Assembly: GCF_021869535.1 (NCBI RefSeq)
Contig: NW_026262701.1
Span: 110,732,001-110,796,000, forward strand
DNA from: Mytilus californianus
Lineage: Eukaryota
Reading direction: 5' to 3'
DNA length: 64,000 nucleotides
Of this stretch, positions 13,401 to 28,400 are shown one piece after another. Positions within the stretch are counted from its first letter, which is position 1; every line of letters begins with the position of its first letter. The position numbers and the translations under genes were made by a program. The notes beneath the pieces were generated by a model. That model was not told where the DNA came from, searched no databases, and was given only the letters and a program-made list of their open reading frames with translations.

Positions 13401-16400
13401 TTTTGGCAAATCATATCAGAAAATATTTAATGTCACAAGACTAAAAGTGATTCTTTTGTAAACAAGTTCAAAGCCTCCAACTCCAAATTGGTGCTTATAA
13501 CTGACCATTACTCATTTTTTAAACTGCTTATGAATATTTCTTGTTCCAAATCAGCAACAAAATTTTAGTAATTTGTACACAGAATATTTGTAGATTGCAT
13601 TACAATTTAGGAAAAAATTACAGCATTGAATACCTCAGATCACCAAAGTCATCTTTAAAACAAGTTCCTCCATTGAAACAATAACCAGCTGTACATGACA
13701 ATGGCTTAGAGAAGTTTTTGGCCAGACATTGACATTCAGCTACGATCTTTGTTCCTATGCCAACAAATGATTTGCCTTTAGTGTTGATCATCACTGGAGC
13801 ATGCTCATCCACATACAGAATATTGGCACACCCTCCGCTGTCACATATCTCTTTCAGACATTCGTCTATATTCACCATGGCAACATTACCTCCAGATTCC
13901 GTTTCAAACTATAGAATGGAATAAAAAAAAACAAAGTGTTAGGTGATTTATTGTAGCATCCTTATAAAAAATTAAAATTAAAAAACAGCAAAATTATTTT
14001 TGAAAATTTTGTCAACCCTTCAAATGCAGTATTGTTATTCCTATTCCAATACATTATGAGATAAATAATTTCAATAATCTTTAAATGGGATATAAAGTCC
14101 TTATAGAATAATGTTCCACAAAGTATTTAATGTTTTGCAGCTTTATAGTCGAGGAAAAACACAATATCATATAGATTAACATGTTCAATTCAATTTATTT
14201 TCCCAGTAGAAACATAACTTTTATAATTTCTCATTAAAACTGTGTTTGACGAAGGTGGCTTGTTATTTTTTCCATCATATTATTGAATACAGCTGCTCAT
14301 TCAAAATAAAACTGTAGTATGACAATTACTATGGATTTGATGGCAGATATTACCCAATTAAAAATATTTTGCTTAAAAATTAAATAAGGATCAAGCCTTT
14401 TCTTTGTTGTATCATGGTACTGCTGATTCATTTATTTTACGAGGATACCAATTTTCATGGATTGAGGGGTAAAACTGTTTTTTCATGGATATTTGATTTT
14501 GATGAAGTCTGCATGTATGCCTATAGAAAATTTGTATTTCGTTTACAAATCCATAGTATATTGTTTCTCTTATGTTCTTACAATTCTTAAGACAAATTTT
14601 ATTTATGGCTACAGAATAATCTTGAAACAAACTCTCTATAATGATACAAGAGATCTTATAACTGTTCATAAGCAAACATTCATAGTATAGGTCTTACTGT
14701 GTCACAGATTACTGAACTCTAACAAGTAGATATTTTATAAACTTCTATAAATTCACAAATCATTCTGAGGTTTATTAATGCGAATAATGCCACACCTTGA
14801 GTATCACAATAATAAGAACTTGCACTCTGATATCTGATATATATATATCTGTATGTAGCTTTTCATAAAATAGCAATAATTTAACTCGTATTTTCGTTCA
14901 TTCTTCAAAAATTGCAATAATAAATGCACGCAATAATTTCTAAATTTACAGAACTTACCTCTGTCTTATACTGTGTAACAATGCCATTTATTTTACTGGG
15001 AGGGTACCAAGGAGAACCATGAGCTGCATATCTTACATCTAAATACTGCATTGTCTTATTGTCCATCACACTGAATATATCAACATTCTCTACTGGTACC
15101 CCTAATTTCTCTGCTAACTTCTTCTGAAACTTCTCGTAATTACTTTCTGAATGTTGTGTATTACCTGCCGAGTCCATGTAGGAGGATTTTTCCATAAACT
15201 GCTCTGCTGTTATACCTAAAACGAACAGGATTTTGTAAAGTTCTTTGTTTGCTCTTTTTTAAGATTTGTACATACAGTAAAAACAGATGTGGGGAATATG
15301 TCAATGAGCTACAAAAACATAATGTAATAAATAAAGAACTCTCAACACTTGTATGTAGATTTTCAGCTAGAGTTGAATTTCTTAGCTGGAAATTTGTTAA
15401 CTGCATACAAAGACATTCAGTCTTGTCTAAACAATATAGCTGCAAATTGAAAATTATCGCTTAATAAATGCGATAAAACTCTGGCATAATTTAAGTTTAC
15501 ATACATAAATAACATTTTGACAGGAGTACAAAGTTCTGTCCAGAAATTTAAACTAGCATAATGGCAAATTAACCTAATTTTCTAATGATATAACAATTAC
15601 CTGTCAATCTAATAGTGCCAGAGCTGTACTCAGCATTATCTGATAGTTCATTACAATTACCTGTCAATCTAATAGACCAAGAGCTGTACACAGCAGTATC
15701 TGATAGTTCATTACAATTACCTGTCAATCTAAAGGAGCCAGAGCTGTACACAGCATTTTCTGATAGTTCAACTTCATTACAATTACCTGTCAATCTAATA
15801 GACCAAGAGCTGTACACAGCATTTTCTGATATTTCATTACAATTACCTGTCAATCTAATGGAGCCAGAGCTGTACACAACATTTTCTGATAGTTCATTAC
15901 AATTTCCTGTCAATCTAATCTGATAGTTCATTACAATTACCTGTCATTTTAATAGAGCCAGAGCTGTACACAGCATTTTCTGATAGTTCATTACAATTAC
16001 CTGTCAATCTAATAGAGCCAGAGCTGTACACAGCGTTATCTGATATTTCCTTTACAGTTACTTTAATGGAGGCTGTTGCATTCTTCTTATTAAACACCAC
16101 ATGATCATACACTGTCACCTTAAAATCAAATACCCCTCCTGGTACCCCTTTTTTCATGGTAATCATACCAGTTTCTCCATTTACACTGAAAGAAAAAAGT
16201 AACTGTTCCAGTTAGATGTTCATGCTTCTTCCCCTTTCTTAAATGTTACTGTGGATTCATTATTATTTGTAGGACACTAATGTTAACGGATTTCGTGAGA
16301 ATAGGTTAACCACAAATTTAAATGATCAACGAAGTACATATTTTCTATAGGCTGGTAATGGAAACTTTAAACAAGGGTAAAACTTAATGCCCCCTCCGCT

Positions 16401-19400
16401 ACGGTGGGGCCTAAAAACCACGAAATCAAATATCCTCGAAAATACAATTTTTCATCAATCCACAAAATAAATTCACTAGTAGTTTCATCATTAGTTAGGA
16501 AAGAGTTTGTTCTCTGTTTGGTTGAGGGTTTTGGTTTTTGGTTTCTCATTCATTTTGGTTGAGGGTTTTGGTTTTTGGTTTCTCATTCATTTTATCATTC
16601 ATACCAAGGATTTTAATGGTAAGGATTGGGATCTCCTGGACAGTTTGCATGCACTGTATGGAAATATGTTGCATGGCACAAGGTCTTGAAAGAGTTCTTC
16701 TTATGAAACTTATTCATTGGTTAGCTTGCCAGTTTCATGTTGGATACTTTTTTCACTTCCAAATTTATGTCAGCATTTTCTTTTTAGCATAACAAAATAT
16801 GATAGTTATATGTGTATGTTTTAAACATACAAATAAAGCATCACTGTTTTAAACTATTCTTCATTATACATTCTTTTCATCACAATTTTTTTTTCTGATT
16901 GAATAAAATAAATGGAGAATGTGTCCATGAGACAGCATTGTGTTTAAGTTTTATAACATTTGGTTGAGGCAAACTTAAGTTAGAGAACGGAAACTAATTT
17001 TGGGAAGTATGTACGGACGGATGGACAAATAGATGTATGGACGGACAAGGGTAACACTAAATGACCTCTCCGCCGTGGCGGAGGCATAAAAAGTTATGAA
17101 CACAATCTTTTGTTAAAATTTGTTTAAGAATAGTGTTCCCTAGTAAATATATTATTACCTGAAGAACTGTGTCATTGCTTTTGGTCCTTTGAATACGTAG
17201 AGTTTATCTTTATGATCCCAATCATCAAGATCCTCTGCATTAGCTCTGCCTATTTCTATGTCTCCAAACAAACCTACAATATAAAACAAATAATTAACAC
17301 TTTAGTGACCCCAATCATCGAGGTCTTCAGCATTAATTTCGGACTATGTCTATGTCTCCAAACAAACCGGCTATATAAAACAAATAATTAATACTTTGGT
17401 AAATAGAAAGTTGATGAGCGATAAATGAAATGTGAGAATGTATTACACAGTATTAAATGCTTAAACGAAGCTTGGTACCAAAAGCTCTGATTTATAGTTC
17501 CTGAGAAAAATGCAACAAAAGATTCATAAAACGGATGGACAAGGAGGTAAATAAGTATTGAAGACTGTACTTTGACCTATATAAGTTTACTTTTATAAAT
17601 TTTGACTTGGATGGAGAGTTGTCTCATTGGCACTCATACCACATCTTCTTATATCTATTTTTACAGACCGTACTTTGACCTATATTGGTTTACTTTTATA
17701 AATTTTGACTTGGATGGAGAGTTGTCTCATTGGCACTCATACCACATCTTCTCATATCTATATCTGCTAGATAGCTTGCCTTGGTTCTGAACACAAAATA
17801 TGGTTTAGGTTCTTTATCAATTCAACAATTAAAAGTAGATTTGGCATAAAAAGTACCAGTATATGCCTTTATGGTATGTGTCAAATGACATTTTCTTATT
17901 GTTAAACTTTCTTTTAAAGTGTTAACAATTCATTTCTGAAATATTTTACAATGTCCATGATACAGCGTTTAATATCAGTGTTTAACAATTCAAAAATGTT
18001 TTTTTATGAGATAGTGTATTAAAATTCTACAACTACAGACGACAGTTTTAATAACAAAAGGCATTACTTACCTTTATAATTATATACAAATATCTCTTTG
18101 AATCCATCATAATGTTGATTATTGTTTTTATCTCCAATCTCTATGGTCAGTGTACTGGTTCCTGTCTGGGACAATCGGTTGTTACCTCCCATGTCCTTCA
18201 TTATAATTGGTAAATAATAAAATTTCTGTTCTTCACGGAAAAATTTTCCAAGGGCCATTACTTTGCCTGTTCCATTTCCCCCATCGCCAGCTAATATAAT
18301 AAATAAAGAACAAATAGAGTAAAGAAATAAGTAACAAAACAATGTCAAAATTTATAAAACTGGTAAAGAAAAGCTTACGACATAAGTCCTAAAAGTTAAT
18401 TCTCATATTCAATGTTTTAATACAATTTTCTAAGCAGTCAATTATTTTAATTTGAAGCTTATTTTGTGGAAATTTTGAAGAAATAATTATTTTTTTACAT
18501 TGTAATTTTTGATCTTAGACTGTATCAGGGCTTTCAAAACATTTTGAAATTGCAATTTCAAGCTGTCCATAAACCAATTTACTGCATATAAAATTAGTCT
18601 GCAGTTGAGTGAGTTGACAGCAGCTGTAGCAGACTAGAGGGCTTCAATTTCATGGTTATGCAAAAGTTTGTAAGCCTATTGACAATTTACACTTTGTTGA
18701 ACGTTTCAATTGGTGCTTTCCCTATACCCACGAAATAAAAAAAAAATTGGTACCCCATAAATAATAATGAATAATAAGTATACATGTACAGTCAAACCTG
18801 TATTAAGCAACCACTTTTGGAAGTATCAAAATTGACTGCCCAAGGGAGGCGACCTTTTAAACGAGGTTCCAATAAATTCTAATTCCAACCTCGCCCATTC
18901 CTGGGATGGGGGCAAATTGCTTTAGTGTTTTCAATCGGTAGAGTTATTGTACTTGCGAGGAGTAAAATCAAAAATAGCAGATTCAGGTGCTGTAAATATG
19001 AAGAAAACTTTGAAAGATATTAATTTTCGTGGAGAAATAAGTCGTTGGTAAGGTTTTCAATGGAAACTGAAAGGACAGGAACACGGGGAATTCCCGAATT
19101 CACCTTCTATTGCGTGTTATTTAAAGTTGAAATGATGATTTTGTGACGAAATCAGGTGAATGCTGAAACGAGTTAAATTATATAGAGAAATTGTTTGGGA
19201 AGGTCTGAAAGTGACCACTAGAGGCAGGTGACCACTGAAACGAGGTGACCGTTAAGGCAGGCAGGTTTGTAACATGGAATCGGTAATTGTCCATCTAATT
19301 TCTCATCTGCATTACCTAACATCTCCTTTCATCATTTAAGTCAATACATTAAATTTGAGCATAAACTCTACTCTGCTAATGAAACGCCATTGTTTTCTAA

Positions 19401-22400
19401 CCTTAAATTTGACAAGAAATATTTATGTTAATTCAGTGGTCAGTTTTCTTTATTGGATCCTTATGTATTTATGGCAGATCTTTGATCATCTCTGTTTAAA
19501 CTATTCACATCTTTTTCGACTAGGGTTGATTTAGAGCTTGACAAATGTTATAGACACGGGTCTATTGTAGAAGACTCTCTTCAATTGTAAATGATCTTTG
19601 TTTATTGGTGTCATTTGGTTTCTGTCTCATTGATGTATAGCCATATCTCCCTCTATTCATATACTTATAGTTCTTTTCAAGTGAAGTGATCTGGGTATAA
19701 AAATTATATGGTAAACAACAATAGTTAAAACTTACTTGGATCAAATTCCAAACTAAACATATGATTGATGTTCTCGTTGCAAGTAGGATTTTTACAGACT
19801 GGTAATTCAAACTTGAAGGGAGGACCATATTTTTTGGTATCCCTATCTATGGCACTGAAAGTAATGACTGGTTCATGGGACGGGTCCTCATCTTCCATTA
19901 CAATTGGACGATACTGTTTGGCAAAGGTTGGTGCCTCGTCGTTTAGATCTGTTACCTTAATATACAATGTTGCAGTTCCTGTCTGTGCTGGAATTCCTAA
20001 AAAGAAAATTCTGATTGGTCACATAATTTAAACTTTTGTGATGATTTTCTTGCAGATTAAATATTTACATTGAACCATTGTTTTTGATTGCTTTATTTTA
20101 AAGCCTGTTTTCCATATGGAAACTAATTCAGAATTTACATTTAAGATAAAATTTCATGTAATTTCTATCATTAAGTACTTTATGCACATGTACTGAAGTA
20201 ATTTCTATCATTAAGTACTTTATGCACATGTACTGAAGTAATTTCTATCATTAAGTACTTTATGCACATGTACTGAAGTACAGTAGTATTATTATTGGTT
20301 CAATGAAAGGAACTCTGACCTTTATCGATTGCTAGAACTTTAACTGTATACTGGTCACTAGTCTCTCTGTCCAATGTCTGACCATCAAGTCCATTCTGTA
20401 TCTTGACCATACAATAGTCTCCATGCTGTTCTACATAAAACCTGTCTGCATGGTCAGCTATTGAAAATCTATAGTCAAAATAAATCAATAGTTATTAACC
20501 TTACCCTTAAAGTCTGGGCTTTACTGGCCATTTGTTGAAAATGTTCAGCTACTAGTCAAAATAATGATATTAACCTTATACCAAAAATTTGGGCCTTAGA
20601 GGCCTTATGTTGAAAACGTTCAGTTACTAGTCAATCTTACATACCGGTAAATCATTCTATCTTTCTCATGCAATAGGAAGGTATGTAGCAGTGAATTCCC
20701 CGATATATTTTTAACTTACGTAAATTCATTATTTGGCGGGCTATCTTTATCATGTGCTGAGAAGGTGTGTAACAATGAATTCTCTGGGATATTTTCATCC
20801 CTTGTGATGACTTCTACTTTCTTCAGGAATTCTGGTTTTTCATCATTAGCATCAGTTACTGTAATCTCAACATGGGCAATATCAAAATGATTAGGATTGG
20901 CATCTCTGGCTTTTACTGTCAGGTTGAAGAAACGTTGGGTTCTGTTTTCATAATCAACAGGCTAAAACACATTAACAGTATTAATTCAATTGTGCGTTTC
21001 TTCATACAATCAAATTATTAAACAAACCTTTTTTTCCTAAAATATGTGTCTTTGATAAAGTTGTAGTATGTATGTAATTGTTATTTTTTATCTTAATTTT
21101 AATATCTTCTTATTCTGAGAAAAGTTGGTTTATATAAACATTGTATTCATGATCCAAGAGTTAAAACATGTCATTTTAGGAAATGTTGCACACAAATAAC
21201 AGGCTCAGAATTAAAAATAAAGAGTATTAATTCATATGATACTTTTTTTCATCATAATTTTTTCAATAATATTAGCATCATAAAAATTTAAACTGAATTG
21301 TGCTGATTGATAAATGGATTCTTATTGTAAGATTTTTTGGAAATAGACTTCAGGAAGGTTTATTTATGGTATTTTATCCACATCACGGAAAGTTGAAATT
21401 ATGATGCAGAAAAAATTGAGTTTAACTTCATCAGAATATATAATGTCAACTTACATTATAGACTGTTATTACTCCATCATTGGAGGGTAAAGTTATAATT
21501 GAGAAGAAATTCAGATCGTTCTGTGTCACAATTGAGTATGTCAGCTTAGCATTGTCATCAACATCATCATCAGTTGCCACGACAGAAACAACAGGACCAC
21601 TTAACTGACTTTCAGACAAATCAACACGGTAAATCTTCTGTAGAAATTTGGGCCTTTCATCGTTTTCATCTGTAACCACTACTGTCACTGTAGCTGTTGA
21701 GCTTTGTGGATTGACACCATTGTCATATGCCACAATGGGGAGATAATAACGATCTAACGTTTCTCTGTCCAGTTTGTTAGTGTTAGACGTAATCAGACCA
21801 GTTTCTCTATCAATTAGAAACAGACTCATGGAAGTTTCTGGATCCACGGGACGATTGTCCCCGATCATATAATGTACCGTACCATTTCTACCATAATCCA
21901 CATCATTAGCACGCACTGTCATCACATTCTTACCTACAATTAGACATTTTATGCAAACATTTATAGTTATAGATTCATTGATAATGTTGAGCCGTACTAA
22001 TCAACAGATACTGTCAGTAATCTTTGCATGAAAAACTAAAAAAATCATAATTAGATTTTCCTTATGTTGGAAGTGGGTTACTCACTTAAGATAAATATTT
22101 TACAGAAATCTTGGTCTTTCCATCATATTTTTGAATGATAAACAGCCATTTGGAAAAAATATAGGCCTGTTGCATTTAGAGAACTGTTGGAATTTAGGAT
22201 CTCTGATTAAATTTAGGATCTCTGATTAAATTACTATGAATTAAAAAAAGTAAGTGTTGTATAGGTACTTTTTGTGACAATCAAATAAACCATTAAAACC
22301 AATGTGCACAAATACATTGTGTAAAACTGATATGAAGTGATGTGTTTTAGATGATATATATATATATATATATATATATTGCATATGAGTAATATTTAAG

Positions 22401-25400
22401 GCCACCCTTAAGAAATTCTTTGTTTGATGTTGCTTACCCATGCCATCTAGGGTTGGGGAGGTAGGTAGGGATTTTTTTTTTTGGCCAACAGCATAAGTTA
22501 CATGTTGTAGACAAGAAAACAACGTGTTAGCAGGAAAAATCCTTTAAAATAAAATTTGAACAATTTGTGTCATAAATATTTTGGGGTTTGATGCTTTTTA
22601 GGTGGGTAGATAGGCAACATCAAGCAATCAAAATTTTATTTTGGCTAAATTGACATATTAGTGAAACAGATGATGGCATATTGGAAAGATCTTATCTTAG
22701 ATAAATGAATAAATAAAAGCAACATTCACAAAAATTAATTTACTTAGTAAAATTAAAATGTACAAGCATTTCATTAACATTTCTTTCAACAAATAATAAA
22801 GTTGGATGAAAAATTTATGGCGAGTTAAAGATGACAATAAGCAAAATCAGGACGGAGTCAAATAAACATAAGGGATGAAAAAAATCAATGCACTTTCTTT
22901 GTACAAAAAATCAAAATCAATTGATAAGTAAAAATATCTGCCTTGACCTTGAAAAGCACACAACACCATACATACCGTACACTTTGTCTCTAAAATCTAA
23001 AAATTCAAAATGTCTAAAGCCACCTGACACAACAGATGTAATATTCCTACACAGAAATGCATGAACAACAAGCAGCAAACAGCAGATATAAATGATGGTT
23101 TGATGTTTATATGCATTTATGATATGACATTTATTCTATAATTTATATGGTGATGATATATTTGTGTTTGACATTCACTATAGTTTTTGAATGCAACATT
23201 AATATTCAGGGCTATAATGTGCTCTGGCTATAGAAGTTGATCAAGAATGTTATTCAGATAGATATATTATAACCCAAAATATCTCCATTATAATCTTGAT
23301 TTACTAATGTAAGTTAAGCTTAATAAAGATTTACTTAACCAAAGATATACAGCCACTTACCTTTAGCAGAATTTTCTGGAACATAACCTGTCAAGTTTGT
23401 GGTGAACTCTGGTCGATTATCATTAATGTCAATAGGTTTGACCTTGACATAAGCATAACCTATCAGAGACTGTGCTGAGTTCGGTTCATCCACAACCAGA
23501 ACATTAAACTGGAACTCTGCTCGTCCCTTTGGCAAGTCTCTATCCAAGGACTTCAGTAAATAGATCCTACCAGTTTTAGGCTCTATAGAGAATGTTGGAT
23601 CATTAGGTTTGTTGTCGTCACTACTAATGCTGTATACAAAATCTGTGGTTCTGGCCGTGTCCTTATCTGTTGCACCAACCTAAGAACAAACATTTAGCCC
23701 ATTAAGTCATGAAATAATTTCCAAATAATATTGTTTTTGTCCTAACTGTCCACTTGCCTGCCTGTCACAATTAGCTTGTCCACAGAAATCTGTTATAAGT
23801 TAACATTGGAATAGGATGAAACATTACAAGAATAGTTTCATTTCATGTGCATTTGTGCACCTTATGTTTGATTATTTATTAAATTGTTTTATGTGGTTCC
23901 AATAGGAAATATGGATATTGCCATTACTACATATGGTACAATTTGTCAACACTGTAATATTATACATTGGAATTGTACGAGTACTACAATGATAAAATAT
24001 ATTTCTTCAAAATCATTTGAGTTAATGAGCACACTATATATTTACCTGAACAAGAAATTGTCCTCCCTGGGGTGGGGTTTCCTCTTCCACGACTGATGTT
24101 ATAACATACTCTGATTTTGTAAATTCTGGTGCATTATCATTGACATCTTGTACATGGAGTATCACTGTTGTCATGTTGGTATAGAAACTGTCACTCACTG
24201 TTATAGTTAGGGTAAAGGTCTGAAAAAAACAGAGTGGAATCTGTCACTTAATGCTATACGTATTACAGTGACAAATAACAACACCAGTCTAAATATATAA
24301 AAAAAAAAAAAAAAAAAAAACCTTTTTGAAATATTTTGAAACTTCATTTGATTACATCAGAATGAGCAGTCCTGCCATACTTTTTACTTTAAGTATGTTT
24401 CAACATTAACCACTAATGACTTTTTCTCAAGATTTTCCTTTAAAAACTTTGTAATTCTAATGCAATTTTAATTATATTGATTGGTCAACATCATACATTT
24501 TGAGGGGCTAGATTCCACGTTCTACCAGTCTGTAACTGAGGGGAATGATCCATCATTTTAAATTCCAGAATATATTGGTATGTGATTTGTTTAATAATAA
24601 ACAAAGAGAGCAGATGTCTTACCAGAAATTATCCTGTTAAGTAATACTTGTAAGGTTCCAAAGATGAGAAGAATGACTTGCATGATTTTACTTTTAAATA
24701 AGGTCTTAAATTGAATATCTGTTAGTTTTGCAATAGAATGTAGATAACAGTATTGTATTTTATGCTTGGCCTAAGAGTTGCTAGGTGAACTCAATGACAA
24801 AGATTATCATAGAAACATGTGTAGACTATACTGTACTGACTCTGGTATCATTTTATTTTATTGACAATATCAAAATTGTTCATTAACCATTTAATAACCA
24901 AGCAATCCCATGTATAAAGCTTACATGTGACATGGTTTCATAATCCAGATCTCTGGCTACATAGATATCTCCAGTCTTCCCTCGTATACTAAATACACCA
25001 TCAGTATTACCACTGGTTATGGAGTATGTCAAGGTATCAGCTACAATATAAAGTAGTTATTTATACTATTCAGGATGACAGTTATTGTCACTTCAAGATG
25101 AAATAGTACAGCTTTACTTCTTATGCCTTTTAATAGTATCAGTAATTATTCTGGATGTCAATCTCCACTATACAAATATTAATTGTCAGAACCTATATCA
25201 TTTATAAAAGCTTTACTGTGGATTTAAGATCATTCAGAATTTTTCTACTGTATGTTCCACTAATGTCAATAAGTGGTTTTTGATGAAAAATACATTTCAA
25301 AAATTAAGATAGAAGCACAAAACTTCAAAATGAATAAATTTTAAGTAACAGCTTACACATGGGGTGTTAGTGCTAGAACCATTAGTTTCAACAACCAACT

Positions 25401-28400
25401 GCCCTTAGGCCATCATCCCTTTATGACAATTCTTATCTTAACTTACCTATATCTTTATCAGTGGCCTGTACTCTGATTATGGATTTACTACTGTCTGGGG
25501 GTTGTTCAAATACATTTGTCTCATAAAGAGGCTTCTCAAACACTGGTGGGTTGTCATTCTTATCTCCAATTATAACCTGGACTTGAGCTTGGGCTGCAAA
25601 AAAATCGTAAACTTTTATTCTTGCTCCAAATGTAATAATTCACCGGGACAGGAATAGAGCCTAGTATCTATCTTCTCATGCATCCAATCTTTTTAAATTT
25701 TATACATCTGATTTGACTGAAATCTCTTGACCAAACATTTATCTTTCTTTAACCTAACTGAATTTATAACATCAGATTTTTAGCTTTGTTTTCTTCTCAC
25801 AAAACTTACCTCAGTGTAAATTTTTATCATCATTAAAGCAATAAAATGAAAGAAACAGGTCTATTTCTTCTTCACAATGTAACATTATAAAACAGTTCTT
25901 GAACTTCAATTATTGTGAATAAATGAGGCACAAACTTTTATGGATTTTGTTGGTTCATCAAAGCCCCAAATTGTCATATGAAACTAGTAACAAGAATACG
26001 TGTCCATAGGACACAATGCTCAGTAATATTGTAGGCAGGACATAAACATGTGAATAGCATTCAGAAATTCACACCCTGCTACCACATTTGTATAGAAATG
26101 ACAAAGTCCACTTTTTGTTCCGGAAAAGGATGTACTTAGGTGAGGTTTAGGAATTTTTTGTCAACTGTTCGGACTCCTTGGTTTTTTTCCTACAATACAT
26201 GGTAAAATATTTTGCCCCATAACACCCATTTTTCTTTTGATATAAAACTTCAATAGCTCATAAAAGGTCATTTACCAACATTTAAGCAGATTCTAGATTT
26301 CCTTTATTTTGATTTGAGACCCAAATAATACCAATGCAAATACAAGGTAAAAGTCCGAGTCAGCCTTTTCCCGCCATTTTTTTAAAATTAAATATCACGA
26401 AAAGGTGCTTCATAACCTATAAATATTTTTAGCTTATTTTGTTCCTTAACTAATGCTCTTCTGACTTATAGTACCAATTTTAAATTCTAGATTTTTTTAA
26501 TTTCACCTATTAAAGTACATCCTTAATAAAAGATCAATCTAAGATTTATATTCCTGGCTTGGATTAACCTTTAATCCATGACAACTGGTACCTTACAAAT
26601 CATTGTTCTTTAACAGGCCTTTGTCTTATATTTTTTAACCACTTACCACTATTAGGTGAATTAGGTGGTTCATGATATGGGATATCAGAGTTAATACCAT
26701 CTTTAGCCATTACAGTTATAAAGTAGACATTCTCTTCCTCTCTATCAAAAGTTGTATTTGTGGTAATTAGACCTGTCTGCTGGTCAATTCTGAACTTCAG
26801 ATAGGCATTATTCTTATCTGCTACCAAGCTATAGTATACCTAGTAAAATAAAATAAAATTTTAGATTTTATAAAGAAATAATATGTTTTCAATTCAAAAG
26901 TCACAAGTTAGAAAATGTACTTTATCATGAAAAAAATTTAATTTAAAAAAGTTTTCCTATGTCAAAATGACATTAACATCTTTGACAGTTTCCAATGAGT
27001 GTTTCATTCACTGAAATTATTCATTAATTCACATATTTTTTGCAAAGAAACAAAAATATGGTATTAAAAAATAGTTCTCAAAGAACTGAACAAGTATCTG
27101 TTATAATATTCAAATCAATACAATGGGAAATAACTCACCAGATTATTTGGAAGATCTGCATCAGCATCTACAGCTTTCACTGTAAACACTGACACACCAG
27201 AAGGTTCATTTTCTGGGACACTACCACGGAACAAGTTAGCAAGTTTGGGGTCAAGTCCTTCAAACTGTGGTACTTCATTATTCATGTCACGGACACTGAT
27301 AGTTACACGCATTTCCTGTGAAAGTGGTGTCAGGCCTTGATTCTGAAAAAGAAAATATCGGTTAAAAAGTTTCAAACTTGTTCCTAAAGCTTTTATACTT
27401 GATGAAGGTGACTGGTCAATTCAAAACATGTGTTGTGTGCACCTACATTTTTTTTTTTTTATCTATCATTAAATTTCAAACAAGAATTTGTCCATAGTAC
27501 ACGGATGCACCACTCGCACTATCATTTTCTATGTTCAGTGGACAGTGAAATTGGAATCAAAACTATAATTTGGCACTAAAATTAGAAAGATCATATCATA
27601 GGGAACATGTGTACTAAGTTTCAAGTTGATTGGACTTCAACTTCATCAAAAACTACTTTTTTTTTTTTACCAAAAACTTTAACCTGAATCGGGACAGACA
27701 GACGGACGGACGAACGAACGAACGAACGGACGCACAGACCGAATAACATAATACCCATAAATGGGGCATAAAAAGTAGAACTTGTTATCTATAAACTATC
27801 AAACTATACTGGACTGGAATTTATTTGAGTGTTACTTTTAATTTTTGATTGTTTTTGCCATATATTAATCTTCTGTCGTTTAATTGATTTCTCTAAATAG
27901 TCCTATCTAAATAACTTCTTCAATTTAATATAGACATTTCTTTAAACTTACAGTTACTCTGAGACGTAGTGTATAAGTATTGTTGATCTTGTAATTCAAT
28001 GGTCCATTTAGTCGTAAATACATGTAATTGTCCCTGCCTTCAACACGGAAGTTTCCTGCAGATTGCCTAGGTTGTCCATTGGAGTCGACTATTGCAAATG
28101 AAACTCCATCTAGTGGTGGTGGTACATTAGAAGAAGCATAAAATGTAGCTATTTTGTATCCCACTTGTTCTGTTTCATTTACATTAAAACTTTGACCATT
28201 ATAGTTGTCATCCCATGTTGGGGCAGGCTGATCACCTGTCGTAACATCAATGTTGACAAGTACTGTGCTGTGAAGTGGGGGAATTCCTTTGTCTTCTGTC
28301 TTTACTTGTAATCTTATTGAACTATCCAAAAACTGGAAAAGAAAACAGTCAACTATATTAGTGATTTCAATAAGTTTTGTTTTAACAGGATAAACATTAT

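Noticed and set aside
15569-15931. 120-aa and 102-aa repetitive ORFs
   Set aside because: By-products of the 60-bp exon-end array; no independent start context.
15595-16045. CRISPR-like appearance of regular repeats (also 62827-62997)
   Set aside because: Head-to-tail units with no unique spacers, in a eukaryotic intron, with no cas genes.
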